38,859 nucleotides of DNA, taken from IMG/VR virus record IMGVR_UViG_2711768001_000013; one strand, written 5' to 3'. Under the pieces are notes generated by a model. That model ran no database searches, was not told the origin of the DNA, and saw only the letters and a list, made by a program, of their open reading frames with translations. How positions within the stretch are numbered: position 1 is the stretch's first letter; each line of letters opens with the position of its first letter. This document shows, in pieces, positions 1 to 12,200 of this stretch. The translations under genes and the position numbers were made by a program. Source of the stretch: a virus. Lineage: Duplodnaviria; Heunggongvirae; Uroviricota; Caudoviricetes.

Positions 1-2901
1 CTGAGACAATACGGCCCGACCACTGGCAGGTTTGCCCTTAATCGTCCAGCCACGCATATCAGGGATCACACCTGACGGATAAACGGCTGCAAGTTTCGGG
101 TAAGCAGATTTGTCAAAAGTCTGTCCCTGCATCAGGGCATAACCAGACGGAACGGTATCTGATGGCCACGGGATTGGTGCACCGACTGGGTAGCTTTCTG
201 GTGGAAGATTTTTCGAGGTATAAACTTCTGCCCAGTCTTCCTCAAAACCATAACCGTCTCTTGAAGAACGGTAGAACAGACCACCATTTCTGTAATGCGC
301 CTTCATCTGCAAGGTCCGGCAACTTCCGACTCCGGTATAGAAGTTAACCAGAATATAGCTGTTGCCAGAGCGGGTGACATTGTAAGCGCCTGATTCGGCA
401 TTCCATGGAACGCCACCATCCGCATCGGCATATGTATCCGTTGCCCTTCTGGCAAAAGCAGCCACATGCGCGGCGGTTAAAGTAATATCTTTGGAACCAT
501 CAAACTCAACACCAGAAACCAGTCTTGGCGTTTGCAGCTTTGTTGCTGTCAATGCGTTACCGTTCAGACTTGCAGACAGTTTGGTTCCAATAACCAGTTC
601 GCCGGTTGCGTTATCAATAACAAACGGTCTTAATGTATTCCAGCCACCATAAACATCACCTTGATTGGTAAGCAGCAGGTAAGTTTTAGCGCCATCATTA
701 CGCCATAATGCACCATACTCCCCACCTATCATTCGAATCTGATTACCACCACGCGCTACAATTTCGTCTGTGGCAAAAAGTTTTTTGCACGACAAGTTAT
801 CGTTAACGATTAACGAATGAGACTCATAAAAACCACGCCCACTCTTAAAATCAAGGATAACGTCCGCCGCGATACATTCAGTCGCCGGATTTGTTGCCCC
901 AAACTTATAGGTCGTATCATTAACAACGAGATCAGCACCAGGTGCGGATATTGACAGGCCATCTTCGAGAAACGCAAAAACAGGGAAAGCAGCGCCATCA
1001 ACATAGAACACAGAGCGCAAATCATCGCCCTTATTACTCATCATTATTGAGTGGATGGCTCGTTCATTGTTTTGATATTGCCAGAACATTCCATAAGCAT
1101 AACGCCCCCTGTCAGTCCAGCCACCAGGCATAACAAATCCGTTAAACTCGCAGTTATTCATCGGATCGCCTGCGATTCGCGTTGCCGTGGTGATAATGAC
1201 CCTTGATGCCAGTTCGCTTACTGAGCCAGCAGAACGCATAACAACAACAGGGTAATATTTTCCAGATGTTGCACCTGCAGGAGCGTTAACCCGCACATAA
1301 CGCATACCACGCTTATCAGCAAAGTCTGTTTTACTGACCGCGTTAATGTTGTTCAGGAAGCGTCCCTTATCGGGTATATCAGCGCCGTTCTGGTCTTTCT
1401 GCAGACGTTTCTCAGCATTGTCATTGGCTGCTTTTACTGCCTTTGGCGTTGCCGCCAGCGTTTCAGACGTGCTATTAGTCGCACTACTGAGCTGTACTAT
1501 CCCCTTTTTCGTCGTGCTCGCATCCTCAAGCGCCACGGCGGATGCAATATCCTCTGCACGTTTTGCCGCTGTCTCGGCGCGCGTTGCCGCGGATTCCGCC
1601 GTACTTTTGCTCTGTGCTGCCGCCGTCGCACTGCCAGCAGCCTCTGTCGCCTTCGTGGATGCTGTCGTGGCGCTGCCCTTCGCTGCGGACGCTTGTCTGG
1701 TCGCCTCATCTTTTGAAGCAGACGCCGATGATGCCGATGACGCCGCCGAACTGGCGGACGATGCGGCAGCCGTTTTTGAGGATTCTGCGCTGGTCTCCGA
1801 CGCTTTCGCGTTCGTCTCCGATGTCTTCGCTGCGGAAGCAGACCTCGCTGCTGCACTGGCCTGTTCAGTGGCTTCGCCAGCCTTCGTTGTGGCTGTTGAA
1901 GCGGACGATGCGGCGCTTTCTGCCGATTTTCCGGCGGCGCTAGCACTGGCTGAGGCCTGCCCGGCACTTGTTGACGCTGCACTGGCAGACGACGCAGCCG
2001 CTGTTTTTGAGCCTGCTGCTGCGGAGGCACTCTGTGCTGCTGCCGTTTCAGAGGACTTAGCGTTTGTCTCAGACGTCTTTGCCGCCTTCGCGGAATTTCC
2101 TGCCGCCGTTGCCGAGGAAGCGGCATTACTGGCGCTCGAAGCTGCGCTCGTTTCTGATAATTTTGCCGCCTCTTTTGAAGCCGACGCATCTCTGGCTGAG
2201 GTGGCTGCTTCTGACGCTTTCGTGGTCGCGGTGGATGCAGAAGTGGCAGCTGATTGTTGTGACGCTGCCGCATTCGTTTCTGACGTTTTCGCCGCACCGG
2301 CACTGGTGGCCGCCGCGCTTTTTGAGGACTCTGCAGCGGCAGCACTTTTTGATGCTTCAGTGGCCTTTGCTGATGCCGTTCCTGCGCTGGAAGACGCAGA
2401 CTGAGCCGACGAAGCGGCCTGTCCGGCTGACGTGCTGGCTGCTCGTGCTGAGCCTGCAGCATCAGTCGCACGGGTTGCCGCCTCACGGGCTGATGTGCTG
2501 GCATCGCTGGCTGATTTCTTCGCGGCTGCCGTGTTCTGTGCCACCGCGGACGCGTTACGCGCCACCTCTTCCACCATCAGTTCAAAGCGGCGCAGTGCCT
2601 CAGGACGGGCATCATCCTCCGTCATGGCACCGAGAAAATCATTCAGCGTACCGGGTCGGGAATCTTCATACACGGTGATGGTCCCGGCATGTGACGGCGG
2701 GAATCCTTCCACCAACAGAATAACGCTGTACTGACCGTACTCAACGTCCATGCTGTAACGCCCGGCTTCATCCGGATTTTCTGAGGCCAGCGTGTTCACC
2801 ACCACCGTGGTGCTGTTACGTTTTGCTTTCAGCTGGATTGTGCAGTTCTGTACCGGTTTTCCTGTGCCGTCTTTCAGTACACCTGAAATCTTTACTGCCA
2901 T
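1..2901 (-). CDS. stf: side tail fibre protein Stf, N-terminal ~965 codons; C-terminus lies beyond window start
   Basis: Minus-strand frame from ATG ~2901 ([19 protein letters not shown]...) runs through Ala/Ser/Thr-rich repeats to ...[20 protein letters not shown] at position 1 with no stop. Matches lambda Stf from memory. Absent from the ORF track because it is open at the edge. Confidence 0.8.
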   Translation of the reverse strand, partial: MAVKISGVLKDGTGKPVQNCTIQLKAKRNSTTVVVNTLASENPDEAGRYSMDVEYGQYSVILLVEGFPPSHAGTITVYEDSRPGTLNDFLGAMTEDDARPEALRRFELMVEEVARNASAVAQNTAAAKKSASDASTSAREAATRATDAAGSARAASTSAGQAASSAQSASSSAGTASAKATEASKSAAAAESSKSAAATSAGAAKTSETNAAASQQSAATSASTATTKASEAATSARDASASKEAAKLSETSAASSASNAASSATAAGNSAKAAKTSETNAKSSETAAAQSASAAAGSKTAAASSASAASTSAGQASASASAAGKSAESAASSASTATTKAGEATEQASAAARSASAAKTSETNAKASETSAESSKTAAASSASSAASSASSASASKDEATRQASAAKGSATTASTKATEAAGSATAAAQSKSTAESAATRAETAAKRAEDIASAVALEDASTTKKGIVQLSSATNSTSETLAATPKAVKAANDNAEKRLQKDQNGADIPDKGRFLNNINAVSKTDFADKRGMRYVRVNAPAGATSGKYYPVVVMRSAGSVSELASRVIITTATRIAGDPMNNCEFNGFVMPGGWTDRGRYAYGMFWQYQNNERAIHSIMMSNKGDDLRSVFYVDGAAFPVFAFLEDGLSISAPGADLVVNDTTYKFGATNPATECIAADVILDFKSGRGFYESHSLIVNDNLSCKKLFATDEIVARGGNQIRMIGGEYGALWRNDGAKTYLLLTNQGDVYGGWNTLRPFVIDNATGELVIGTKLSASLNGNALTATKLQTPRLVSGVEFDGSKDITLTAAHVAAFARRATDTYADADGGVPWNAESGAYNVTRSGNSYILVNFYTGVGSCRTLQMKAHYRNGGLFYRSSRDGYGFEEDWAEVYTSKNLPPESYPVGAPIPWPSDTVPSGYALMQGQTFDKSAYPKLAAVYPSGVIPDMRGWTIKGKPASGRAVLSQ
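1300..2540 (-). repeat. in-frame Ala/Ser/Thr-rich tandem peptide repeats within stf
   Basis: Repeated motifs of the type [14 protein letters not shown] / SAAxSASxAxTSA in the stf frame; the GC-rich repeat DNA produces long spurious ORFs in other frames (1346..2404 +, 1497..2504 -). Confidence 0.7.
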
Positions 2902-2918
2902 ATTCACCCCACAAAAAA

Positions 2919-2938
2919 GCCCGCCTGAACCGGCGGGC
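2919..2938 (-). terminator. intrinsic terminator downstream of lom
   Basis: 7-bp GC stem gcccgcc/ggcgggc with 6-nt loop; run of A on plus strand (2911..2918) gives a T-tract on the minus strand. Confidence 0.55.
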
Positions 2939-2965
2939 TGTCATAACACTGTGTTACCTGGCTAA

Positions 2966-3565
2966 TCAGAATTTATAACCGACACCCACGATGAAACCGT
3001 CAGTGCGCCAGTCGCCACTGCCGGAGCCTTCATAAGCAATATCAATGGCCACGGATTCGGTCGGGTTAAACTGCACGCCAGCTCCCCACGCCAGAGACGT
3101 GTTGCTGTGGCGACCGTCATCACTTCCGGTCAGCACATCGTGCGTTTTCCCCTTGTTGTCAGTTACGCGAAGATAATCCCCGGAGAAAGTCGACACACGG
3201 CTGTAAGCCACACCCGCCATCGCATACGCGCTGAACCATTCATTCACGCGCACAGACGGCCCCGCCATTACGCTGAACCAGCGGTTACGAACGGAATCTT
3301 CATGCCAGCGGGTATCGCTGTAACGGGTCAGCTGGCGATTCTTGTCTCCTGCATAGCTGAATGACGTCACCAGCCCCAGTGTGTCCGTAAACTCATAACG
3401 GTATTTCACGTTAATCCCGTTCAGATCATCACTGCCGGGGACGTTCGTCGAGGCATGAAGATACCCCGCGCTCAGCGTGGACTGATGTTCAGACGCCCAT
3501 GCAGGCGCACCGGATACGGCCAGGCAAATGGCTGCGGACAAAATTGCTGCACAAACTTTACGCAT
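2966..3565 (-). CDS. lom: outer-membrane protein Lom (Ail/OmpX family)
   Basis: 199-aa ORF MRKVCAAILSAAICLAVSGAPAWA... with signal peptide, ending ...IVGVGYKF; recalled as lambda Lom; sits between J and stf as in lambda. Confidence 0.9.
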   Translation of the reverse strand: MRKVCAAILSAAICLAVSGAPAWASEHQSTLSAGYLHASTNVPGSDDLNGINVKYRYEFTDTLGLVTSFSYAGDKNRQLTRYSDTRWHEDSVRNRWFSVMAGPSVRVNEWFSAYAMAGVAYSRVSTFSGDYLRVTDNKGKTHDVLTGSDDGRHSNTSLAWGAGVQFNPTESVAIDIAYEGSGSGDWRTDGFIVGVGYKF

Positions 3566-3595
3566 AATTACCTCTCGCTTTTCTGCAATAAAAAA

Positions 3596-3613
3596 GGCGT
3601 CATTCCTGACGCC
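3596..3613. terminator. bidirectional hairpin between J and lom
   Basis: Stem ggcgtca/tgacgcc with loop ttcc; A-run upstream (3589..3595) and T-rich ctttatt downstream. Confidence 0.5.
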
Positions 3614-3635
3614 CTTTATTGGGGTTATAAATATT

Positions 3636-6600
3636 TCAACGAATACTGATGCCGGAAGCGGCTTTTTTGGTCACAATCACCGTACAGTCGGTGATATTGC
3701 CTGCCCCCTGATTGCCTTTCTGGAAAATCTTAAACTCCAGAGTGACGCTTCCCCTGCCACTCGGCATATCAATAACTGCACTGTAACTACCGGGAATGGC
3801 CCCTTTAGTTTCTCTGGATGCGATTAATACGCCGTTTTTGCGAACTTCAAAACCATAACCCGTGTATCGCGTGCCTCCTGGGTTATTTCCGCTCCCCGGA
3901 TCGTCATACGCTATACCGTTAAAAATAATGGGCGGAATAATAATCTGGCGGTCAAAGTTATGATCATCGCTGATGGTGACTGTAACCGTACCGTTTGGTG
4001 TTTCCGTGTTACCCCACGTACCGACTTTTTTCGGGAAGGCTTTTGATACAGCTTTAACGAAATCTCCTCTGACCTGGGTCGCCTCCAGCATGCCCTTAAT
4101 CGTACAGTTCTGGTTAATCGTGACATTGTTGAGCGTCCCTGAATTTGCATTCACATTACCGCTGATATCCGCATTTTTAGCGGTCAGCTTTCCGTCTGGT
4201 GTCAGGGAAAATGCCGGCGGATTTCCACCGCTGGTAATGGTGGGAGCCGTCAGGCGTTTCAGGAACACGTCATTCATGAATATCTGGTTGCCCTGCGCCA
4301 CAAACATCGGCGTTTCATTCCCGTTTGCCGGGTCAATAAACGCGATACGATTGGCGGCAACCAGAAACTGGCTCAGCTTGCCTTCCTCCGTGTCCTCCAT
4401 GCTGAGGCCAATACCCGCGACATAATGTTTGCCGTCTTTGGTCTGCTCAATTTTGACGCCCCACATGGCATTCCACTTATCGTTGGCGTCCTTCCACTCT
4501 TTCGAAAACTCCTCCAGTCTGCTGGCGTTATCCTCCGTCAGGTCGACTTTTTCCAGCAGCTCCTGGCCGAGATGGGATTCGGTTATCTGGCCTTTGAAAA
4601 AATCCAGGTAACCTTCCGCATCATCGCTCGCCCGACCGACAGCCTCCACGAATGCTGATTTGCCGACGGTGTTCACACTGCGGATATAAAAGTAATAATC
4701 ATGGCCCGGCTTAATATTGATACTGGCGGCTATCCAGTACAGCCCCGTGCCAAGGTAGCGGGCTGTGGTTTCAACCTGCCTGATATCCGCAATCCGTTTT
4801 TCCGAGAACCAGAACTCAAACTGTACCGTCGGGTCATAAACCGCAAGATGCGGCGTGGCGGTTATCTGAAAATAGCCCGGCGTCAGCTCAATCCGCGACG
4901 GCGCTGCCGGTGCGGCAATCCGGAACGATACCGACGCCGGATCGCCCTGCTGCCCCCACGCATTTACTGCCCGGACTGTCAGCCTGTAGTTCCCCAGAGC
5001 CAGTTGTGTGAAGCGGTAAGTGGTTTCCGTCGTCCGGGCCGTGCTGACCAGCCGCTCACGGCCGTCATCCGCTGCCACGGTCAGGCGAAGCAGGAAGCTC
5101 ACGCCCTTCACCACCTTCGGCGTGTCCCAGCGGGCCAGCACCTGGTATTCCCCGCTGTCTGCGGTGACTTCTGCGGTCAGGTGCTGCACCGCTGGCGGCG
5201 TGACACCATTTACCGTGCCGCTCTGGTCGCCGTCAAAGTGCGCCCCGTTATCCACGATGGCCTCTTTTTCCGGTACATGCTGCACGGCAGTGATGGCATA
5301 CGTGCCGTCGTCGTTCTCACGGATACTCACGCAGCGGAACAGGCGCTGGCGCAGCGTCGGCAGCTTCAGCCCCCATACGCTGTATTCAGCAACGCCGTCA
5401 GGAACACGGCTCACTTTCACCTTCACGCCGTCGGTGACGGACTGAACCTCCACGCTGACCGGACTCCCCTGCCCGTCAACCAGGCTTATCAGCGTGGTGC
5501 CGGAAGATGGCAGCGTGATTTCACGGTCGAGCGTCAGCGTCCGGGTCTGGCTGTTTACCGCCAGCACGCGCCCGCCGGTGCGGATACCGGCATAGTCATC
5601 ATCGCAGATTTCAATGACATCGCCCGGTACATGGCGAAGCCCTTCGGCACCCACGCTGAAGTCCACGGTCTGCGTTTCCAGCAGTTCTGTTTTAATCAGC
5701 CACAGCCCGGCGCGGTGTGCCTGCCCCCGGCTGGTACAGCCAAAAGCATCCATCTTCGTGACGTTACGACCGTAACGGGCAATGGCCTGCGTGTCCTCCA
5801 CAAGCTCTGTCGCCGTCTCCCAGCCGTTATTCGGGTCAATCCAGTTCACCTCAACGGCATTATGGCGGTCTTTCAGGGCGCTGAAGCTGTAGCGGAACGG
5901 CGCACCATCATCCGGCATCACCACATTACTGCGGTTATAGGTCCACACCTTATCCGACGGTCGGTCCTGCACGAACGTCAGCGTCTGCCCGTTCCATACC
6001 GGCATACAGCGCATCGCCGAGCAGAAATCACTGAGCACATCCCACGCCTTGCGCTGTGTGGTCAGGTACGCATTACAGGTGATGCGCGGCTCCGTGCCGC
6101 CAAAACCGTCCGGCACCGACTGATCGCAATGCTGGCCGATGACATACAGCGCCCATTTGTCCACATCCNCCACAGACACCAGGCCATGTTGTTGCTGTAT
6201 GCTGGCTTAAACGTTCCGTCCCAGATACCGCTGTATTGCCGCGTCTGCGGGTTATAGCTCGACGGCACCTGCAGAATGCGCCCGCGCAGATGATAATTAC
6301 GGCTCACCTGCTGGCTGCCGAACTGCTCCGAATCCACCTGCACGCCGACCAGTGCCGTGTTCGGGTAGCACTGTTTCACATCGATGATTTCGGTGTATGA
6401 CGACCAGAGCGTTTTGTTCTGCAGCTGGTCTGTGGTGCTGTCCGGCNGAGGTGGTTTCCACCAGTGCCTGTACACCGAAGGTAAAGCGCAGACGGTCGAT
6501 GTTTGCCGACGTGATGGTCCGGGTGATCGGCGTGTCGTATTTCACTTCCGTACCCAGTACCGTCTCGGAACCTGATGATTCAAATCCCTCCGGCGGTGTC

Positions 6601-6824
6601 TGTTCCTGCTCACCTGCCCGGAACACCACCGTGACACCAGAGATGTTGGTATTCCCCTCACTGTCCAGCACCGGTGTACTGTTCAGCAGCACGCTTTTTA
6701 ATCCATCCACCGGACCTTCAACCGGCCCTTCGCTGATGGTATCGATCACACTCAGCAACTGCGTGGACTTCAGGTTGTCCTTTGCTTCGCGCGGGGTATG
6801 CCCCTTACTGCTGCCTTTACCCAT
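3636..6824 (-). CDS. J: tail tip / host-specificity protein J, broken into three frame segments by single-N positions
   Basis: Track ORFs 6297..6824 ([24 protein letters not shown]...), 6062..6475 (...[36 protein letters not shown]...) and 3636..6179 (...[12 protein letters not shown]...) are collinear with lambda J as I recall it. Frame breaks coincide with the N at 6446 and 6170, where J residues appear to be missing. Confidence 0.85.
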
Positions 6825-6884
6825 TCCTCACGCTCCATAAACGACAAAACCGCCCGCAGGCGGTTTCTCATAAAACATTTTGCA

Positions 6885-7532
6885 TCAGCGACCAATCACC
6901 ACAACCTGACCACCATCCCCTTCGTCTGCCGTGCTGATCTCCTGAGAAACCACACGTGACCCCACGCGCATTTCACCGTACAGAACAGGCAGAACATTGC
7001 CCTGGGCAACCATGTTATCCAGTGAGGAGAAATAGGTGTTCTGTTTGCCGTTATCTGTACTGGCTGCCGTGGGCGTCCTGGCTTTCGGTGCCAGCATCTG
7101 CGCCACTCCGCCCAGGATCATACTGGCCCCTGCCGCATACATGCCCGATACAGCCGCGGCCCCCAGCCAGCCCACAGGGTTCCACCATGCCACCGCAATC
7201 AGCGCCGCCCCAAGCACCACCTGAAACACACCGCCACTTTTAGCTCCCGCCAGACGCGGCACGATGTGGATCACGGCACCATTTGCCAGCGGCTCATTAA
7301 GACGGGCAGATAATTCATTTTCGCCTGCATCACGCCCGGCAATGCGCACCTGATACCAGCCCTCATTCAGTTTCTGACGAAACGCCGGGATCTGCATGGC
7401 CAGCGCCCGGATGGCTTCGGACCCCGTTTTCACTCGAAGGTCGATGCGGCGGCCAAATCGTTGTAAATCCCCGTAAAGGCAGATGCGTGCCATGCCCGGT
7501 GACGCCAGAGGGAGTGTGTGCGTCGCTGCCAT
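6885..7532 (-). CDS. I: tail assembly protein I
   Basis: 215-aa ORF MAATHTLPLASPGMARICLYGDLQRFGRRIDLRVKTG... ending ...EGDGGQVVVIGR, as lambda I; overlaps K by ~100 nt as in lambda. Confidence 0.85.
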   Translation of the reverse strand: MAATHTLPLASPGMARICLYGDLQRFGRRIDLRVKTGSEAIRALAMQIPAFRQKLNEGWYQVRIAGRDAGENELSARLNEPLANGAVIHIVPRLAGAKSGGVFQVVLGAALIAVAWWNPVGWLGAAAVSGMYAAGASMILGGVAQMLAPKARTPTAASTDNGKQNTYFSSLDNMVAQGNVLPVLYGEMRVGSRVVSQEISTADEGDGGQVVVIGR

Positions 7533-8173
7533 TTGTCGGTATACCTCTCTCGTTTGCTCAGTTGTTCAGGAATATGGTGCAGCAGCTCGCCGTCACCACA
7601 GTAAATGGCGGCATGATTCGGCACCGATGAACCAAAACAGCACAGCAGCACATCGCCCGGCTGCGCCGCTGACAACGGCACCTGATACAGCCCTGTAGCC
7701 TCCAGATTATCCAGATAGAGATTCTGACCGTGACGCCACCAGTCATCCCCGCGATGAAAATCCGGCATCTCAATCCCCGCCAGATGGTAAGCATCCCGGA
7801 ACAGCGTGTAACAGTCCGTCACCCCGTGCTCAAAGCGCCGCCCGGTAAGATGTGGCACACAGCGGAACTTGTGAATCGCCCCCCGGCAGACCAGCCACCA
7901 CGGCAAATCACTCTGCACCTGCAGCCGCCGGTCGGCCTCACTCAGCCAGGGCAGACCACCGGGGTGGCTGTGGACCAGCGCCACAATCTCACCCTGCATC
8001 TCTGCCCGCAGCCAGTCCTCCGGCGACATCCGGAAATACTCCTCCGGCTCACCGGAGATATTCACGCAGGGAAAATATCTTTCCCCCTCCGGTGTTCTCA
8101 CCACGAAGCCGCACGACTCCGCTGGCGCACATCGCCGGGCGTGCGCCAGAATCGCTGATTCTGTCTCTGTCAT
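7430..8173 (-). CDS. K: tail assembly protein K (JAMM/MPN plus NlpC/P60-like)
   Basis: ORF MTETESAILAHARRCAPAESCGFVV... with HSHPGG motif; position between L and I. Start may be further downstream. Confidence 0.8.
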   Translation of the reverse strand: MTETESAILAHARRCAPAESCGFVVRTPEGERYFPCVNISGEPEEYFRMSPEDWLRAEMQGEIVALVHSHPGGLPWLSEADRRLQVQSDLPWWLVCRGAIHKFRCVPHLTGRRFEHGVTDCYTLFRDAYHLAGIEMPDFHRGDDWWRHGQNLYLDNLEATGLYQVPLSAAQPGDVLLCCFGSSVPNHAAIYCGDGELLHHIPEQLSKRERYTDKWQRRTHSLWRHRAWHASAFTGIYNDLAAASTFE

Positions 8174-8178
8174 GGGAT

Positions 8179-8877
8179 TTACTGCGAAAGTTTGTTAATG
8201 GAAAGGAAGCCGCCAAAGTTGCCGACGTTATTGCGAAACTTACAGCCGCTCAGGCATTTGCTGCATTTATCCTTCGTGATATCGGACGTCGGCTGATCAT
8301 ATTCATCCGCGACCGCCGGACCGTGATAACCGCACTCATCGCCGCGATAGGTCCAGGTGCAGGTGTTGGCCAGCATGATACGTCCCGGAAAAACGGCACC
8401 GTCCGTTTCCGTCGGCGTGGACAGTACAAAAGAGGCACTCACCGCGCTCAGTTCGCTGCACTGCTCGATGCGCCAGCGGCTGATCACCTCCTGCTCCGGA
8501 TCGGCGTCACTGTTTCCGTTGACGAAGTTCACCGCATCCAGAAAACGGGCGTAAACCTTACGCCGGACCACCGTTCCGCCGACCAGACTCTGCAGATCTT
8601 CCGCCATCCCGGTGACCATGCCGTGCAGGTTAGAAACCGTCAGTGTCGGACGGGCAGCACTGCCCTTGCCGTTCAGTTCAAATCCCGTCCCCTGAATGGG
8701 ATACGCCTGATACTGTCGCCCCTGCCAGGTGACCGGCTCACCTTTTTCGTTCTGCTCATTACAGAAAAAATAACGTTCTCCACCGACCTCTGTCAGATCG
8801 ATTTCCCAGAGCACCACCTGGGCTGACTGAGTGAGGCGTGTCGTCTCATGATGTGTTTCCTGTGGAATATCCTGCAT
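8179..8877 (-). CDS. L: tail tip assembly protein L
   Basis: 232-aa ORF MQDIPQETHHETTRLTQSAQVVLWEIDLTEVGGERYFFCNEQNEKGEPVTWQGRQYQ..., recalled lambda L. Confidence 0.9.
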   Translation of the reverse strand: MQDIPQETHHETTRLTQSAQVVLWEIDLTEVGGERYFFCNEQNEKGEPVTWQGRQYQAYPIQGTGFELNGKGSAARPTLTVSNLHGMVTGMAEDLQSLVGGTVVRRKVYARFLDAVNFVNGNSDADPEQEVISRWRIEQCSELSAVSASFVLSTPTETDGAVFPGRIMLANTCTWTYRGDECGYHGPAVADEYDQPTSDITKDKCSKCLSGCKFRNNVGNFGGFLSINKLSQ

Positions 8878-8886
8878 CAGAGACTC

Positions 8887-9216
8887 CTATGCCACGACCT
8901 GTTCAAAATCTGCCGTTATGGTTACCCACAACGCCCCCACGCTTGCCGACCATTTACGACAAACCACCCTGATCGGCTTCCAGTCATAAGGTGGCGTCCA
9001 CTGAAATGCGCGGACGCCACCGTGCCGTTCCAGAAAGGCTTTTAAAGATGGGTGTTCACATTTACGAACACGTATCGTCACGCTGTAAGTCGACAACTGG
9101 TTATTCAGTCCCGCCGCACGACGCTGTTCATAACCATCGCCCAGCTTCACTGTCACCACTTTCGGCTCTGATACCACATTCATATCCGGGCGCACTTTCC
9201 AGTGAAACGTCTCCAT
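8887..9216 (-). CDS. M: tail tip protein M
   Basis: 109-aa ORF METFHWKVRPDMNVVSEPKVVTVKLGDGYEQRRAAGLN..., lambda M-like; start overlaps H stop by 1 nt. Confidence 0.9.
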   Translation of the reverse strand: METFHWKVRPDMNVVSEPKVVTVKLGDGYEQRRAAGLNNQLSTYSVTIRVRKCEHPSLKAFLERHGGVRAFQWTPPYDWKPIRVVCRKWSASVGALWVTITADFEQVVA

Positions 9217-12200
9217 TACCGATATGCTCCACTTAACCGACCACCATCACGGGCCTGCTGTTGCATAAAGTCCGCTGCCGCTTTTTTCCCAAGGTCATAA
9301 ACCACCTTCAGGGCAGCCGGACCTATCTGCCCGTTCGTGCCATCGTTATTGATCTCGATGTTGTACTGCGGGGCAAACATCGCCATACCTGAACCACCAA
9401 TATCCGCCACAACCCCCAGCTTACCGTCAGCACCACGACGCAGTGGCAGAATGGCTTCAGGTCCCGCTTCCCCCATCACACCCGCGCCTTTTGCAAAAGC
9501 AAAAAACGTCGGACGGTTAACCACCGTGCCACTGTAACGACTCAAATCAGCAGACTGATAAATCCCCCCATTGGCATTCAGGGAAAGGCTGCTGAGATCA
9601 AATCCCAGTACACTGCCAATCCCTTTTATCGATTTCATCATGGTTGCCTGCGCCAGGATTTTCGCCATATCTGACAGCACAGAAGAGGTGAAGGATTTGA
9701 AATTGAGTTTGCCGGTAGTGACAAAAGTTGCCAGGCCATTTCCCATGTTGCTGAAGGCTGACGAGAACACCTGTTCTGCTGTTCCTGCCGTATTATCTGC
9801 ATCCACGGTAAAATCCTGAAATGCACGCAGGACTCCGTTTTTCCAGTTACCCTGCACAACTTCAAGCTGTTGCCAGTAACGGCGATTCTCATTCAGTTGT
9901 CGGTTCAGGCTCTCCGTCAGCGCCTGCTCGGCCTTTCTGTAGTCATCCGTGTTATATGTTCCTTTCTGCTCACTATCCCGCCTCAACTGCTCCAGCTGTT
10001 GCTGGTATTTCTGGCGAAGACTCAGTTGTACCTGATATCGCTGCCGCTGCTGATCACCCATACCCACCGTGGCGATATCCAGGTCATGTTGCTGACGCTG
10101 AGCGCGCTCTTCTTCAGCCAGTTGACTGGTCAGCTGAATTGTTTTTTTCTTCAGCTCGTTGAGTGCCGTCTGTTTCTGAAGCTCCTGCTGTTTTACATCC
10201 AGCAGCGTCAGTGCCTGAATCAGTTCATCTTTACGGGCCAGCACACTCTTTTCATCTGCCGTCAGTTTTTTCCCGTCCAGGTCGCTGATGCGCTGCTGCA
10301 GAGCCAGAAGCTGTTTATGCGCTTCTGTCATCCTTTCCGTGGCAATGCCTGCTGACTGTCTGGCAGCAGCAATCTGTCCTTCCACCTGTGCCTGTTGCTG
10401 ACTGTACTGCAGCAATAACCGGGTGGCCTCATCATTACGGGGTTCGCGTGTTTTTTTCTTACCGGATGCCAGGGCTTTCTCGTAACGTTCATTTTCACGT
10501 TGTATCGCCGCATCCCTGACAGCCTGATCGGCGTACTGCATGGAATTAATACGCGCAATTTCACGCTGATGTCGTGCTGCTTCCGTTTCATTCATCCGGT
10601 TCAGTGCAGCATTTTCAGCATTACGGCGTTTCTGTTGCTCCTGATAATTCCGCTCTGCCTGCTCTTTTGCATCCTGCAAATCCTTCTGGCGTTTTTTCTC
10701 CTGAAGCTCGTTAAGACGCTGCTGATCGTACTCAACCTGAGAAGATGATGCCGTCCAGGGGAGTCTTTTCGCCCGCGACACTTTCTCCTGTAAAGCGGAA
10801 ATCTGTTCATCCAGCGAGTCTTCACGACCAATATTCATGGCCGCATCCCAGAAACGACTCCATAAATCAGACAGATACTTCAGCGTACTGCCCAGCGCAT
10901 TGAGGTTATTATCAATATCCGCAGTACGCCGACCGGTTTCCTCTGCCAGTGCAGACATGGCTATCCGTGCCGCATCACTGGACCGCCCCTGTTCCCCAAG
11001 GACGCGTATCTGCTCAAGCTGAGTGGCAGTAAGAAAATGCAGCTCATTGTCCAGAGCCTTCGCGGCATTTACAGGATCATCCTTCAGCCGCTTAAACTGA
11101 TTTATGGTATCGCTGACCGACTGGCCAACCGATCGCTCCATCTGTGCGGCAGCTCTCGCCACCATACCGATATCGTTTCCACGAAATGCACCACTCCCCA
11201 CCACCTGAGCCAGCGCACCGGCTGCAGCATGTTGCGTAATACCATTCCCGGAAATAGCACGACTGAGCGTCCACAGCTGCCCGGCAGTGACTCCGGCATA
11301 ATGCCCCGTCAGCGACAACTGGCGGTTAAATTCTTCCCCCTCCTTCTGACCGTCATACCAGGCTTTACCCAGACCATAGACAGCCGCGGCAATACCGCCA
11401 ATAACCCCGCCCAGCATCATGCCTTTCGGTGACATCAGTGTGTCTATCCATCCGGCACGGTTAGCCAGCGTTATTCCGGACCCCCTCAGCGCCCCTAAAT
11501 TGCCGCGGGCCAGTTCACCTATCAGAACGCCTATCTCCTGGCGGGCTGCTGCACTTTTCAGACCCAGCGAATGCGTGGCTTTTCCTGCCTGCTCCATTTT
11601 GCGGATATACACTTCTGCAGCACTGCTTACCCCCAGCTGGGCAGCCTTAGCACGAAGCAACTCAGAAGATGAAAGATTCTGGCGGGTTGCCTGCTCTTTA
11701 AGCTGACGGATAAACGCCACTTTCTGTCGGGTAGCCTCTTCCTCAGCCTGTGTAAGAACACGGGTTTTCGCCGTAACCTCAGAAATCAGCGCCAGATAAT
11801 CCTGCTGACCAATCCCGCCACTGTTTCTGGCCTGTCGGATCTGCTGCTGAATACGCTGTAATTCCTGCAGCCCCGCACTGGCCTGTTTCACACTGTCAAT
11901 CTGACGATAAAACGCAGCAGCCGCTTTATCCTGAGCCTCCGCCAGAGCCATGGCCTGCGCCTGTTCCTCGCGCATTTTCTGGCTCAGTGCCTCCATGCGC
12001 TGGCGGGTTTTCTCCACCTCGCGGGACATGCGTTCATGAGCCTGTGCGTTCTTCTCCACCGTCTGCGCATGGACGGATGCGGCTGTTGCAGCCGAAGAAG
12101 CCGCCTGCGTTGTCTGCCGGGCGGCCTGAGTCTGACGCTCCATAAAACGCTGCATACGGGCAGAAGACCGTTCTGCATCGCTGGCTGCACCATTCAGAAG

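Noticed and set aside
1346-2504. Long ORFs 1346..2404 (+, Ala-rich) and 1497..2504 (-, Arg/Gln/Pro-rich)
   Set aside because: Alternative frames of the GC-rich stf repeat region; extreme low-complexity composition; the third minus-strand frame gives a coherent Stf protein.
4701-6257. 518-aa plus-strand ORF and other plus-strand ORFs across 3973..6840
   Set aside because: Antisense to J; Arg/Pro/His-rich composition typical of spurious ORFs opposite a real gene.
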